Notes: a model not told the origin generated them from the letters alone. Positions 17,419 through 27,998 are shown, counted from the first letter of the stretch. The stretch: DNA of 64,000 nucleotides from Bacteroidota bacterium (GCA_021793375.1 JAJYSY010000006.1:894-64893); one strand, 5' to 3'. Translations and numbers: made by a program.

Positions 17419-19995
17419 TTAAAACGGATAATTTATCCCAACATTAAGAACTGAATTGGCAAAATTATAGTTTTGCAGCCATTTTTTCTTGTCATAAGCC
17501 GGATCATAAGTTTTAAATCCTAAGTCTAAACGGATGACAAAAAAGTCAAAATCATATCTAAATCCAAATCCTGAACCTACTGCCAATTCTTTTAAGTCTG
17601 CAAAAGAAGCAAGTCGAGCTCTTCGATCTGTAGTGTTGTCTAACACATTCCAGATATTTCCTACATCTATAAAAAATGCACTGTTTAAAGCTGCAAAAAG
17701 ATTAAATCTGTATTCTATATTAAATCCTAATTTAAAATTTGCTTCGTTAAATTCGTTTGGTCCTCCACTGCTTCCAGGTCCTAAATCATAAGGTCTCCAA
17801 CCGCGATTATCGTTTGGTCCTCCCGCAAAAAAACTTCGCACAAAAGGAATACTGTTAGAATTTCCATAAGGTATGGCAATTCCTGCCATAGATTTTACCG
17901 CTAAGATATTTTGATTCCCCAAATCCCAGTGTTTTACAAAATCTATTTCTGTTTTTACATATTGAGAAAAACGAACTCCGGAAACTCGGTATTTATTTCC
18001 GGCGTCTTTTTTACTACCAATTGCCGAAGAAAGCAATCCCAAGCTGTTTCCTACTGTTTCCAAATGCAATCTGAATTGTGAAAACTGCTGATCATAAATA
18101 TTTTCTCGGGTGTTTTTGGTATAATAAAAACTTGTTCCAAAAATCAAGTTGTTTTCTGTCAGCCGCTCTTTACGCTCCATCAAAGTTCCGGCTTCTTCTT
18201 TTTCTTCTTCGTTTAAATTAAAATCTATTCCTTCTTCTAAATCATCAATAAACGCATTTGCTCCATCGGGAATAGTCAAACGCGGATTAGGACTTAATAT
18301 AGGATTATCTTGTTCAAAATAATCTGGGTTGATATCTTCTACATGATTAGCAGCAATTCGATTTAATCTATCAAAGGAATTCCTATAAATGTTAAAATAA
18401 TTATTCGGATTCAAATTTCTAACATACTGCAAATCAACAACATTCAGCAAGAAAGATTGTTCTTGATCGGGTTTCCATCTATAAGCAAATTTTCCGGTGA
18501 GGTTTTGTTTATCCAAACCAATATTATGTTGCAAGCTAATTCCTGCGCTCAACATGGTAAAAGGAGACATGGTTTTCGGAATAATTTTTTCTAAGTTAAA
18601 AGGAGAAATAATTTTAGGGAAATTTAATTTTACATCTCCTCCAACTTCCCAAATATTAAAAAATCGATCTTGTGTAGTTACCGAAGCATCTTGAGAAGAA
18701 CCTATACTTGCTCTTGTTCCGATTTCTAAAGTTTCTAAACCGTGAAAAATATTTCTTACCAAAAGAGAACCTCCCAATCTGATTCCAAAATCTTGAATAT
18801 TACTTCGCGAAACATCTAAATCATAAGTTACCCCATATCTTTTTCTGGGTTTTAAAAATATGTTGGCAATCAAATCCGTGTTTGTGCTATCTCGCGGATC
18901 TTCCATAAATCTTATATCAGGATATTGAAAAATTCCAACATCACTCATTCTGTCATAGGTTTGAGATCTGCTGATATCTTTATAAACATCTCCTTTTTTT
19001 ATAAAAACCGCATCGGTTAAAGCTTTGGGTTTATATTGAGATTTCCCTGAACTGTATAAAGTAAAATTATTATAATGAATACTATCTGTTATGGGCAATA
19101 ATCCTTCTTCATCTTCATAATTAGTAAAAATATTTACATCGCTAATGCGATGCACTTTAAAAGGAATTGTATAAATGCTATCTTCTTCTTTTACTTCTCT
19201 GTTGCTGATTACGGTTTCTATTAAAGCTTTATGGCCGGTGTCTATCGTATCTGCATTAAAAGTAATATTATCTTGGTCAAAATAATATAATCCATTGTTT
19301 CTAAAAAGTCGAGTGAGTCGATTTCTCTCCCAGCCCAATCTGCGCGCATCAAATTGTTGTCCTTCTTTTATCAAGGATTTATCAAGGTGTGCTTGATATA
19401 AAGAATCTACCACTTCACTTTCAATATTTGTGGTAAGCGAATCCAATACATAAGGTTGATGTCTTTCTACATGATATTTTATATGAGCTCTTTTGTTTTT
19501 TAAAGTATCAACTTCAAAAGTTGCTTCTGTATTAAACCAACCTAAATTCCAATACCAAGCTTTTAATCTTTCTACTGATTTTTCTGTTTTTTCTTCGCTG
19601 ACAATTACGGGAGCTTCTCCCATTCTTTTTTTGAAATTTTGCCAATCCACATAATTTTCTCCCATTCTTTCTACTTGTTTTTTAGAGAAAAAATTAATCC
19701 AACGTTTTTCGCGTTTAGGTTTTTTTGCTAATCGCTGATAAAAAAGAGAATCCGGATTGGGTTTTGCTGCGTTATAAATATGCAAACGCAAAGGAAAATT
19801 AATTAGCGGTAAAGTTACATTGGGTTGTTGAAAAATCTGGTTGTGCACCCTCCGATCAGAAATGCTTTCTTCATCGACAAAAACTTTATTTTTTGTCAAT
19901 AAATGCTGACCATCTTCCACTCGTTTTACAGCATTACATGAAAACAAGAGCAAGGTCAGAATAAATAATAGTATTTTTGCGGGAGTAAGCTTCAA
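17419..19995 (-). CDS. BamA/TamA-family outer-membrane protein
   Basis: 858 aa, TTG start. Signal peptide / lipobox LLLFSC, POTRA-like N-terminal region, and a C-terminal Omp85 beta-barrel ending GINYPF with FFAGGPNDNRGW. Confidence 0.85.
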   Translation of the reverse strand: MKLTPAKILLFILTLLLFSCNAVKRVEDGQHLLTKNKVFVDEESISDRRVHNQIFQQPNVTLPLINFPLRLHIYNAAKPNPDSLFYQRLAKKPKREKRWINFFSKKQVERMGENYVDWQNFKKRMGEAPVIVSEEKTEKSVERLKAWYWNLGWFNTEATFEVDTLKNKRAHIKYHVERHQPYVLDSLTTNIESEVVDSLYQAHLDKSLIKEGQQFDARRLGWERNRLTRLFRNNGLYYFDQDNITFNADTIDTGHKALIETVISNREVKEEDSIYTIPFKVHRISDVNIFTNYEDEEGLLPITDSIHYNNFTLYSSGKSQYKPKALTDAVFIKKGDVYKDISRSQTYDRMSDVGIFQYPDIRFMEDPRDSTNTDLIANIFLKPRKRYGVTYDLDVSRSNIQDFGIRLGGSLLVRNIFHGLETLEIGTRASIGSSQDASVTTQDRFFNIWEVGGDVKLNFPKIISPFNLEKIIPKTMSPFTMLSAGISLQHNIGLDKQNLTGKFAYRWKPDQEQSFLLNVVDLQYVRNLNPNNYFNIYRNSFDRLNRIAANHVEDINPDYFEQDNPILSPNPRLTIPDGANAFIDDLEEGIDFNLNEEEKEEAGTLMERKERLTENNLIFGTSFYYTKNTRENIYDQQFSQFRLHLETVGNSLGLLSSAIGSKKDAGNKYRVSGVRFSQYVKTEIDFVKHWDLGNQNILAVKSMAGIAIPYGNSNSIPFVRSFFAGGPNDNRGWRPYDLGPGSSGGPNEFNEANFKLGFNIEYRFNLFAALNSAFFIDVGNIWNVLDNTTDRRARLASFADLKELAVGSGFGFRYDFDFFVIRLDLGFKTYDPAYDKKKWLQNYNFANSVLNVGINYPF

Positions 19996-20031
19996 AAATA
20001 AATTAGTTTAAGACCCAAAAATACAAGTTTT

Positions 20032-20754
20032 ATGCTCAGCAAAAACCAAATTAAATTAATTAACCAACTTAATCAAAAGAAATACCGAAAAAAACATCAG
20101 TTATTTTTTGCCGAAGGTATAAAAACTATCAAAGAACTACTGAATTCTTCTTATGAACTTGAAATTCTTTACACCACTGCAGATGTTCTTTTTACACAAG
20201 AAGCAAAAACGCATTTAATTTCTGAAAGAGAATTGAAAAAAATCAGCAGTTTAACCACTCCTCAAACTGTTTTAGGTGTTTTTAAAATTCCGAAAAGAAA
20301 AATTAATCTTCCAACCAACCTCAGCGTTGTGCTTGACGGGATTCGCGATCCGGGAAATTTAGGAACAATCATCAGACTTTGTGATTGGTTTGGCATCAAA
20401 CAATTGATTTGCTCTACAGATTCGGTGGATTGTTATAATCCAAAAACTATTCAAGCAACCATGGGCTCTTTGGCAAGAGTTGAAGTGATTTACACAGATT
20501 TACCTGATTTTTTGTCGAAAACTGATTTGCCGATTTATGGAACTTTTATGAAAGGTGAAAACATTTATAAACAAAATCTTCCTGAAAAAGCTTTAATTGT
20601 TTTAGGAAATGAAGCCAATGGAATTTCTTCTGCTGTTGAAAAACATATCAACCATAAAATTACTATTCCACAGTTTGGAGAAATTCAAGAAACAGAAAGT
20701 TTAAATGTGGGAACTGCTACAGCGATTGTATTAAGTGAATTTTTAAGAAGCTAA
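20032..20754 (+). CDS. TrmH/SpoU-family RNA 2'-O-methyltransferase
   Basis: 240 aa. SPOUT motifs DGIRDPGNLGTIIR, LVLGNEANGIS and SLNVGTATAI. Confidence 0.85.
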   Translation: MLSKNQIKLINQLNQKKYRKKHQLFFAEGIKTIKELLNSSYELEILYTTADVLFTQEAKTHLISERELKKISSLTTPQTVLGVFKIPKRKINLPTNLSVVLDGIRDPGNLGTIIRLCDWFGIKQLICSTDSVDCYNPKTIQATMGSLARVEVIYTDLPDFLSKTDLPIYGTFMKGENIYKQNLPEKALIVLGNEANGISSAVEKHINHKITIPQFGEIQETESLNVGTATAIVLSEFLRS

Positions 20755-20766
20755 CTTTAAAGCAAG

Positions 20767-22041
20767 ATGAAAAAACTGAAAATATTTCTTTTATTTATAA
20801 GTATTGTAGGTAATATCAGCATAAATATTGCCCAAATCCAAGATGATGAAATCATTATTCCCGACAGAAAAAATGCTGTTGAGCAACAAGAAAAACCTTA
20901 TGTAATTTTAATTTCTGTAGATGGTTTTAGACATGATTATTTCGAAAAATACAATCCTGAATTTTTAAATCAACAAAAGGAAAAAGGAGTTTTTGCCGAG
21001 GCGATGATTCCTTCTTTTCCGAGTGTTACTTTTCCTAATCATTATACTATAGTAACCGGAATGCTTCCGCCTCATCATGGATTGGTTGGAAATAATATTT
21101 ATAATCGCGAAGAACAGACTTATTATTCCATCAGAAATAAAAAAGCTGTAGAAAATCCGGATTGGTATGGTGGTTTTCCGCTTTGGAGTTTAGCAGAAAG
21201 TCAAAATTTATTAACTGCTTGTTATTATTGGCCGGGATCAGAAGCGCCGATTAAAGGTTTTTCTCCTACTTATCATTTTCCTTATTCTGAGAGAAAAACT
21301 GTAGAAAAACGCATTGAAAAAGTAAAGGATTGGTTGAACTTACCGGCAGAAAAACGTCCGCATTTTATTACTTTTTATATGCCTGATGTAGATCACGCCG
21401 GGCATCGTTATGGTCCGGATGCTTTGGAAACAGAATTTGCCGTAAAATTTGCTGATGCAACTATTCAAAAATTAGTAAAAGAAGTCAACAAAACTGATTT
21501 ACCGGTTAATTTCATCTTTGTTTCCGACCATGGAATGACAGCTGTTGATGTTAAAAATCCTATTCAAATTCCTGAAATCGATTCGGAAAAAGCTCAAATT
21601 GCCAGTAGTGGAACTTATTTAAGTGTTTTTACAGAAAACGAGAAAATAAAAGATAGTCTTTTTCAGGTTTTTAAATCCGAAGAATCTTCTCAATATAAAA
21701 CATATTTAAAAGCTGATGTTCCCGAAAAATATAAGTTTTCTTCAAAAGAAGACAAACATAACCGCATTGGCGATCTTGTTCTTATTGCCGAAGCTCCTTA
21801 TTATTTTGCAAGATCAAAAAGATTTGTTTCTCCCGGTGCTCACGGATATTTACCAGAAGACACTCCGGAAATGAATACTGTTTTTTTAGCTTGGGGACCA
21901 GATTTCCAAAAAGGAAAAAAGATAAAAGCTTTTAAAAATATTCACGTTTTCCCTTTATTGGCAGAATTATTGGAATTAGAATACAACCACAAAATAGATG
22001 GAGATAAAAGACTGATTCCTTTAGTTTTAAAGAAGAAATAA
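20767..22041 (+). CDS. Ectonucleotide pyrophosphatase/phosphodiesterase (alkaline-phosphatase superfamily)
   Basis: 424 aa with a signal peptide. ISVDGFRHDY, PSVTFPNHYTIVTG (Thr nucleophile), DHAGHRYGP, SDHGM and GAHGY. Confidence 0.85.
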   Translation: MKKLKIFLLFISIVGNISINIAQIQDDEIIIPDRKNAVEQQEKPYVILISVDGFRHDYFEKYNPEFLNQQKEKGVFAEAMIPSFPSVTFPNHYTIVTGMLPPHHGLVGNNIYNREEQTYYSIRNKKAVENPDWYGGFPLWSLAESQNLLTACYYWPGSEAPIKGFSPTYHFPYSERKTVEKRIEKVKDWLNLPAEKRPHFITFYMPDVDHAGHRYGPDALETEFAVKFADATIQKLVKEVNKTDLPVNFIFVSDHGMTAVDVKNPIQIPEIDSEKAQIASSGTYLSVFTENEKIKDSLFQVFKSEESSQYKTYLKADVPEKYKFSSKEDKHNRIGDLVLIAEAPYYFARSKRFVSPGAHGYLPEDTPEMNTVFLAWGPDFQKGKKIKAFKNIHVFPLLAELLELEYNHKIDGDKRLIPLVLKKK

Positions 22042-22048
22042 GTTCAAA

Positions 22049-22090
22049 ATAAAAATCCTGCAAATTTTAAAGTTTGCAGGATTTATTTTT
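22049..22090. terminator. Bidirectional intrinsic terminator (NPP gene / carB)
   Basis: 11-bp perfect stem aatcctgcaaa (22054-22064) / tttgcaggatt (22073-22083), with an A-run before and a T-rich run after. Confidence 0.8.
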
Positions 22091-22106
22091 ATTAATAAGA
22101 ATGTAT

Positions 22107-24944
22107 TTATCGGGTTAAATACATTTTTCTGCGTGCATACAATTCATAAAAAGTATCATCTCTCAAATCATCTATAAACAAAATACTTTCTCCCGTACTT
22201 TTCATTTCCGGACCTAATTGTTTATTGACGTGTGCAAATTTATCAAAAGAGAAAACCGGTTGTTTGATAGCATATCCTTTTAATTCAGGTTTGAAATCAA
22301 AATCCGTTAATTTCTTTTCGCCCAGCATTACTTTTGTGGCATAATTCACATAAGGTTCATCATAAGCTTTTGCAATAAAAGGAACTGTTCTTGAAGCTCT
22401 CGGATTGGCTTCAATGATATAAACTTTATCATCTTTTATAGCAAACTGAACATTGATTAATCCTACTGTTTTTAAGGCTAAAGCAATTTTTTCAGTATGA
22501 TCTTTTATTTGCTGCATCACCAAATCTCCTAAAGTAAAAGCCGGCAATAACGCATTAGAATCTCCGGAATGCACTCCACAAGGCTCAATATGCTCCATAA
22601 TTCCGATGATATATACATTTTCTCCATCGCAAATCGCATCTGCTTCTGCTTCTATTGCACCATCTAAATATCTGTCTAACAAAAGTTTATTGTTAGGGAT
22701 TTTCTGAAATAAATCTACCACGTGAGCCTCTAACTCTTCTTTGTTGATGACGATTTTCATTCCTTGTCCTCCCAACACATAAGAAGGTCTCACCAAAAGT
22801 GGAAAACCAATATCATCAGCAGCTTTTAAAGCTTCTTCTGCAGTTTGAGCTGTATCGAACTTAGGGTAAGGAATATCATTTTCTTTTAATAAAGTAGAAA
22901 ATCTTCCTCTGTCTTCAGCTAAATCCAAAGCATCATAACTCGTTCCGATGATATTAATATTATATCGACTTAATTTTTCTGCTAATTTCAAAGCAGTTTG
23001 CCCTCCTAATTGCACAATAACACCTTCCGGTTTTTCGTGTTGGATTATATCATAAATATATTCCCAAAAAACAGGTTCAAAATAAAGTTTATCTGCAGTA
23101 TCAAAATCTGTGGAAACCGTTTCCGGATTACAATTGATCATGATGGTTTCATAACCGGATTCTTTGGCAGCGATTACTCCGTGAACACAGCAATAATCAA
23201 ACTCTACTCCTTGCCCGATTCGGTTTGGACCGGAACCTAAAACCAGGATTTTTTTCTTATCGCTGACTTCGCTTTCGTTTTTATCTGCTTCAGCTTTTCC
23301 GATTTCAAAAGTGGAATAATAGTAAGGAGCTACATTTTTTAATACTTCAGTACTGGTATTAATCTTTCTGAAAATTCTATTGATGTTTAGACTTTTTCTT
23401 CTTTTATAAACTTCACTTTCTAAACCTCCCAACATGTGAGCTATTTGTCGATCTGCAAATCCTTTTTGCTTGGCTTCCAGCAAAATATCTTTTGGTAAAT
23501 CAGCAATTTCATAAGTTTTTATCTTTTTCTCTAAGGCGTCTAACTCTGCATATTGCTGTAAATACCACTCATCAATTTTTGTAATTTCTTGAATTGTGCT
23601 TAATGGAATCCCGGCTTGGATGGCGTCATAAATTACAAAAGCTCTGTCCCAACTTGGATTTTTCAATTTGTGAATAATAGTTTCATAATTGGTATATCCT
23701 TTTCCGTCTGCTCCTAATCCATTTCGGTTTACTTCTAAAGATTGCGTTGCTTTTTGCAGGGCTTCTTGGAAATTTCTACCAATCCCCATCACTTCTCCAA
23801 CTGCTTTCATCTGTGGACCAAGCGTGCGATCTGCACCTTCAAATTTATCAAAATTCCAACGCGGAATCTTAACAATTACATAATCCATTTCCGGTTCAAA
23901 ATATTCTGTTACACCCGGAGCAGAAAAATCCATCAATTCATCTAATGTGTGTCCTAAAGCGAGTTTTGTGGCAATCTTAGCAATAGGAAAACCTGTTGCT
24001 TTTGAAGCCAATGCAGAAGATCTTGAAACTCTTGGATTGATTTCTATGGCAACAATTTCTTCTTTTTCATCCGGACTCACAGAAAACTGAACATTACAAC
24101 CTCCGGCAAATTTTCCGATATGACGCACCATTTTAACTGCCATATCTCTCATTTTTTTATAAACGGAATCGCTAACCGTCATTGCGGGAGCAACTGTGAT
24201 GGAATCTCCGGTGTGAATTCCCATCGGATCCATATTTTCTATATTACAGACCACCACCACTCTGTCATTTTTATCTCTTAACAGCTCCAACTCATATTCT
24301 TTCCATCCGTTTAAAGCTTTATCAATCAACACTTCGTGAATGGGAGAAATTTCTAATCCATAAGCTAAAGCTTCTTCAAATTCTTCTTGTGTTTCTACCA
24401 AAGCTGCGCCTGCTCCTCCTAAAGTATAAGAAGCCCTGATCAGTAATGGCAATCCAAATTCCTGGGCAATTTCTTTTCCTTGCAGCATTGATTTTGCTGT
24501 TTTTGCCGGCGCTACAGGAACTTCTATTTTTTCCATCAATTGCTTAAACTCTTCTCTGTCTTCTGTGATATTAATCGCGTCGATATCAACTCCTAAAAGT
24601 TGGATATTATAATCTTCCCAGATTCCTTTTTCATCTGCTTCAATAGCTAAGTTTAAAGCGGTTTGCCCTCCCATTGTTGGCAAAACTGCATCTATTTGCG
24701 GATTTTCTTTTAAAACCTCTACAATAGATTTTGTAGTCATGGGTTTTAAATAGACTTTATCTGCCATAGCAGGGTCTGTCATTATGGTTGCCGGGTTGGA
24801 ATTGATTAAAATAGTTTCCAATCCATCTTCTCTAAGCGCACGTAAAGATTGAGATCCTGAATAATCAAACTCACAAGCTTGACCAATAACAATAGGACCG
24901 GAACCTAATATTAAAATACTTTTTAGCGAATTACTTTTAGGCAT
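22107..24944 (-). CDS. carB: Carbamoyl-phosphate synthase large subunit (short form, no C-terminal MGS-like allosteric domain)
   Basis: 945 aa. Two ATP-grasp halves (ILILGSGPIVIGQACEFDYSGSQ and ILVLGSGPNRIGQGVEFDYCCVH). Ends shortly after the second synthetase domain. Confidence 0.97.
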   Translation of the reverse strand: MPKSNSLKSILILGSGPIVIGQACEFDYSGSQSLRALREDGLETILINSNPATIMTDPAMADKVYLKPMTTKSIVEVLKENPQIDAVLPTMGGQTALNLAIEADEKGIWEDYNIQLLGVDIDAINITEDREEFKQLMEKIEVPVAPAKTAKSMLQGKEIAQEFGLPLLIRASYTLGGAGAALVETQEEFEEALAYGLEISPIHEVLIDKALNGWKEYELELLRDKNDRVVVVCNIENMDPMGIHTGDSITVAPAMTVSDSVYKKMRDMAVKMVRHIGKFAGGCNVQFSVSPDEKEEIVAIEINPRVSRSSALASKATGFPIAKIATKLALGHTLDELMDFSAPGVTEYFEPEMDYVIVKIPRWNFDKFEGADRTLGPQMKAVGEVMGIGRNFQEALQKATQSLEVNRNGLGADGKGYTNYETIIHKLKNPSWDRAFVIYDAIQAGIPLSTIQEITKIDEWYLQQYAELDALEKKIKTYEIADLPKDILLEAKQKGFADRQIAHMLGGLESEVYKRRKSLNINRIFRKINTSTEVLKNVAPYYYSTFEIGKAEADKNESEVSDKKKILVLGSGPNRIGQGVEFDYCCVHGVIAAKESGYETIMINCNPETVSTDFDTADKLYFEPVFWEYIYDIIQHEKPEGVIVQLGGQTALKLAEKLSRYNINIIGTSYDALDLAEDRGRFSTLLKENDIPYPKFDTAQTAEEALKAADDIGFPLLVRPSYVLGGQGMKIVINKEELEAHVVDLFQKIPNNKLLLDRYLDGAIEAEADAICDGENVYIIGIMEHIEPCGVHSGDSNALLPAFTLGDLVMQQIKDHTEKIALALKTVGLINVQFAIKDDKVYIIEANPRASRTVPFIAKAYDEPYVNYATKVMLGEKKLTDFDFKPELKGYAIKQPVFSFDKFAHVNKQLGPEMKSTGESILFIDDLRDDTFYELYARRKMYLTR

Positions 24945-25048
24945 TTTTATCTATTTTTTATTGTTAGGAGTTATTTTGATATAAAAAAAAGGTGCCACAG
25001 CAAGCGACACCTCTTTTTTATTAATGAAATATGTTAAAATCCAACCCA

Positions 25049-25207
25049 TCAGTGTTTGTGACGCGGTTCAGATGAAACAGTTAATTTTTTACGACCTTTG
25101 GCTCTTCTTCTCGCCAAAACTTTTTTCCCGTTAGCATCTTTCATACGTGCACGGAAGCCGTGTTTATTCTTTCTTGATCGTTTTGATGGTTGAAAAGTCC
25201 TTTTCAT
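25049..25207 (-). CDS. rpmH: 50S ribosomal protein L34
   Basis: Not in the ORF track because it is only 52 aa. My minus-strand translation is [52 protein letters not shown], which has the canonical L34 N-terminus MKRTFQPS..R....HGFR.RM. Confidence 0.95.
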   Translation of the reverse strand: MKRTFQPSKRSRKNKHGFRARMKDANGKKVLARRRAKGRKKLTVSSEPRHKH

Positions 25208-25338
25208 TATAATTCTTTTTTATTACGTAATCAGGTTATATCTTCAGAAAACTTTCTTCCGATTAAATCGGACGCAAATATACGACTTGTTTTATTCTTT
25301 CAAAGAAAAATTATAAGAATTTATGTCTTGTTTTTTCT

Positions 25339-25346
25339 TACCTTTG
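25339..25346 (+). promoter_or_regulatory. -7 promoter box for the 25389 gene
   Basis: tacctttg (TAnnTTTG) lies 43 nt upstream of ATG 25389 and inside the tracked ORF extension. This argues against the 25323 start. Confidence 0.4.
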
Positions 25347-25388
25347 CAAATTCATCTATTTGAATACAGTTTACAAAAGAATTACAGC

Positions 25389-25904
25389 ATGTATAATAAG
25401 AATTTAAAATTAGTTGTTGCAGGATTATTAGTTGCTTTTGCTATTTACCAATTTACTGAAGCAAATATTGGAAATGGTATTATGTGGATTTTGATTGCGG
25501 GAATTTTTGTTTTACTGTATTTTAAAAATGAATTTATTTTGTTGGCTTTTAACAAACTCCGTAAACAAGATTTTGATGGTGCCAAAAAATGGATGGACAA
25601 AATTGGTGATCCGGAAAAAATGCTGGTAAAAAAACAACAAGGTTATTATTGGTATCTTCACGGATTAATGCTTTCCCAAAAGAACCTAAATCAAGCAGAA
25701 AAATATTTCAAAAGAGCTTTAAAATTAGGTTTGTCTATGAGACATGACCGCGCCATGGCTAACTTGAATTTAGCCGGAATTGCGATGACTAAAAGAAGAA
25801 AACGAGAAGCGCAAAGACTGCTAAAAGAAGCCAAAAGATTAGACAAACACAATATGATGACTGATCAAATCAGAATGTTGAAACAGCAGATGAAAAGATT
25901 TTAA
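25389..25904 (+). CDS. Membrane protein with a TPR-like C-terminal region, unknown function
   Basis: 171 aa from ATG 25389 (MYNKNLKLVVAGLLVAF...). Two TM helices followed by a helical, basic C-terminus. Confidence 0.6.
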   Translation: MYNKNLKLVVAGLLVAFAIYQFTEANIGNGIMWILIAGIFVLLYFKNEFILLAFNKLRKQDFDGAKKWMDKIGDPEKMLVKKQQGYYWYLHGLMLSQKNLNQAEKYFKRALKLGLSMRHDRAMANLNLAGIAMTKRRKREAQRLLKEAKRLDKHNMMTDQIRMLKQQMKRF

Positions 25905-25908
25905 TCTT

Positions 25909-26241
25909 TTACGTAAAAAATTCAAATTTAATTTCTGTCGGCATAAAATGTATGCCTCTAAAATCAGTTTTTGCTTCAATTTGATGTTTTACCTCCGGCG
26001 GAATTATATAAGCATCTCCCGGTTTTAATTCTTTATCTTCTCCATGTATTTTTAAAATACATTCTCCTTCATGAACAAATAAGATAGATTCTACATTAGC
26101 CAAATGTTTAGGAAGTAAATCTCCGGCTTTTGCTTTCATCTGTTTTGCAATCATCTTTTTTCCTGAAGCAAGTGTTTTTACGGTAGGTTTGGTTACTTTT
26201 TTCATAAGTGATTTTTTAATTTTAAGTGTTCCCTTAAACAT
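25909..26241 (-). CDS. Cupin-domain protein
   Basis: 110 aa. Cupin beta-barrel pattern HLANVESILFVHEGECILKIHGEDKELKPGDAYIIPPEVKHQIEA. The real start may be the internal MKKVTKP (26205). Confidence 0.7.
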   Translation of the reverse strand: MFKGTLKIKKSLMKKVTKPTVKTLASGKKMIAKQMKAKAGDLLPKHLANVESILFVHEGECILKIHGEDKELKPGDAYIIPPEVKHQIEAKTDFRGIHFMPTEIKFEFFT

Positions 26242-26294
26242 AACCGAAATTTTTCCCGCAAAAAAAAGCTTTAAGATAATCTTAGCGGATATTT

Positions 26295-27266
26295 TTATAA
26301 TTCCGGTTGATAAGAATAATAACCTTCCTTAGGGATTTCTATTTGATAAGCTTTTCTTGATTTATTATTTAAATGTGCTTCTCTCAACCAAGGATTATGG
26401 ATTTTCAAAATTTTATAATTAATTCCGAAGTCTTTGGCAAACTTTGCAAAATTGGAAACCGCGGTATCTACCTCAACTTTATAAGTAGGAATTTGATGAT
26501 AAAGATCTTCATCTTCAAAAAGAAATCCATATTTGTGAGGATTACTCATAATCTCTTTGAGTGCTAATATTCTAAAGATATATCTTGAAGTTTCCGGCAC
26601 CAATAACAAATCATAATAATCTTCTACTTCCTGTCTTTCTTGTTGTCTTGTTATCCCTCTGTTTCCTGCATTGTAAGCTGCAGCTGCCAAAGTCCAAGAG
26701 CCAAATTTCTCTTTTGACTTCAACAAATATTCCGCTGCTGCATGAGTTGACTTTTCAATATCATAACGTTCATCTACGTTTTTATTGATTTCCAAACCGT
26801 ATTCTTTTCCGGTTTCTCTCATAAATTGCCAAAATCCCGTTGCTCCGGCAGGAGAAACAACTTGATCTAAACCACTTTCTGCTACAGCTAAATATTTAAA
26901 ATCATCCGGCACTCCATGATTTTTTAAAATCGGTTCTATGATAGGAAAATATTGATTTGCTCTTTTTAGCAAAATCAACATATTTGACTGCCAATACGTG
27001 TTTACCAAAAGTTCTCTGTCCATTCTTCTTCGCAAATCAGGATCTTGCAAAGGAACAGCTTCTCCGCTAAAATTCAAATTTTCAGGAATGGGTAAAGCTT
27101 TTATTTCATAGCTTCCCACCACATTTTTTTCCTCCGGAGAATCTGCATATATATTCTCTTTATCTCCTCCAAAAGAAAGCACTTTATTTTTGCTCACCGC
27201 TTGAATTAAAAGTCCGATTACGACTACTAATCCTACTCCTGCCAATAAATTTTTTAAATACTTCAT
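26295..27266 (-). CDS. Lytic transglycosylase (SLT domain) with an N-terminal membrane anchor
   Basis: 323 aa. Catalytic region AVAESGLDQVVSPAGATGFWQFM and AAYNAG. Confidence 0.85.
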   Translation of the reverse strand: MKYLKNLLAGVGLVVVIGLLIQAVSKNKVLSFGGDKENIYADSPEEKNVVGSYEIKALPIPENLNFSGEAVPLQDPDLRRRMDRELLVNTYWQSNMLILLKRANQYFPIIEPILKNHGVPDDFKYLAVAESGLDQVVSPAGATGFWQFMRETGKEYGLEINKNVDERYDIEKSTHAAAEYLLKSKEKFGSWTLAAAAYNAGNRGITRQQERQEVEDYYDLLLVPETSRYIFRILALKEIMSNPHKYGFLFEDEDLYHQIPTYKVEVDTAVSNFAKFAKDFGINYKILKIHNPWLREAHLNNKSRKAYQIEIPKEGYYSYQPEL

Positions 27267-27302
27267 TATACCATTTCTTAGTAAATTAAACGAACAGGAA
27301 AA

Positions 27303-27998
27303 TTACTTATTATCTTTTTCAATTAAAAGCTGTTTTTCAATAAGTTTTGCCAAATGATCGTTAAACCATCTAAATCTATTGATGATCATTACATGTGTCC
27401 CACCTTTTACTACAATTGGGTTTTTAATGTTTTTAATGGGAAACATTTTATCTCGATCTCCATGAATGTGAATCAAATTCGGCAAGATTTCCTCTCTGTC
27501 CCAACACAAAGTTTCTTTAATTCCCCATCGTAAATATGCTTTATCCAAAATAGCCAAGTAATATTCATAAAGTGCTAAGCGTTTTTTTATTTTTTTTCCT
27601 AAAGGAAGTTTTTTCAACACTTTAAAATGCTGAATTAATCCTACAGGAAGAATTTTATATAATTTTGTTTTCTTTCCAAACTTCATAAATCCGGGTAATT
27701 CTTCTTTTGTTTTTACAGTTGAAATCAACACCAATAATCTTACTTTTATAAACTTTTGCATTTCCTGAACTAATATTCCGCCTAAAGAAACTCCCATTAA
27801 AATTACATTTTTGTGTTTTACTTTTTCACACATTCTCTTGGCATACTGTTCTATTGATTCTTTTTTCTTTGGCGGAAACCAAGACAACCAATGAATCTTA
27901 TAACGATCTTCAGGAAGTTTTATGTGTTCAAAAATATTGGGTTTTGCAGACATTCCTGGCATACAATATACATGGATAAGCGAAGGAGAGTTTGTCAT
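27303..27998 (-). CDS. Alpha/beta hydrolase
   Basis: 231 aa. Nucleophile elbow-like GVSLGG, a late HGDRD, and a GGTH His region. Confidence 0.7.
   Translation of the reverse strand: MTNSPSLIHVYCMPGMSAKPNIFEHIKLPEDRYKIHWLSWFPPKKKESIEQYAKRMCEKVKHKNVILMGVSLGGILVQEMQKFIKVRLLVLISTVKTKEELPGFMKFGKKTKLYKILPVGLIQHFKVLKKLPLGKKIKKRLALYEYYLAILDKAYLRWGIKETLCWDREEILPNLIHIHGDRDKMFPIKNIKNPIVVKGGTHVMIINRFRWFNDHLAKLIEKQLLIEKDNK

Noticed and set aside
24985..25020. Hairpin aaaaggtgcc...gacacctctttt as the rpmH terminator
   Set aside because: The stem is only 5-6 bp and imperfect, with a 9-13-nt loop. The location is plausible, but it is too weak to list as a feature.
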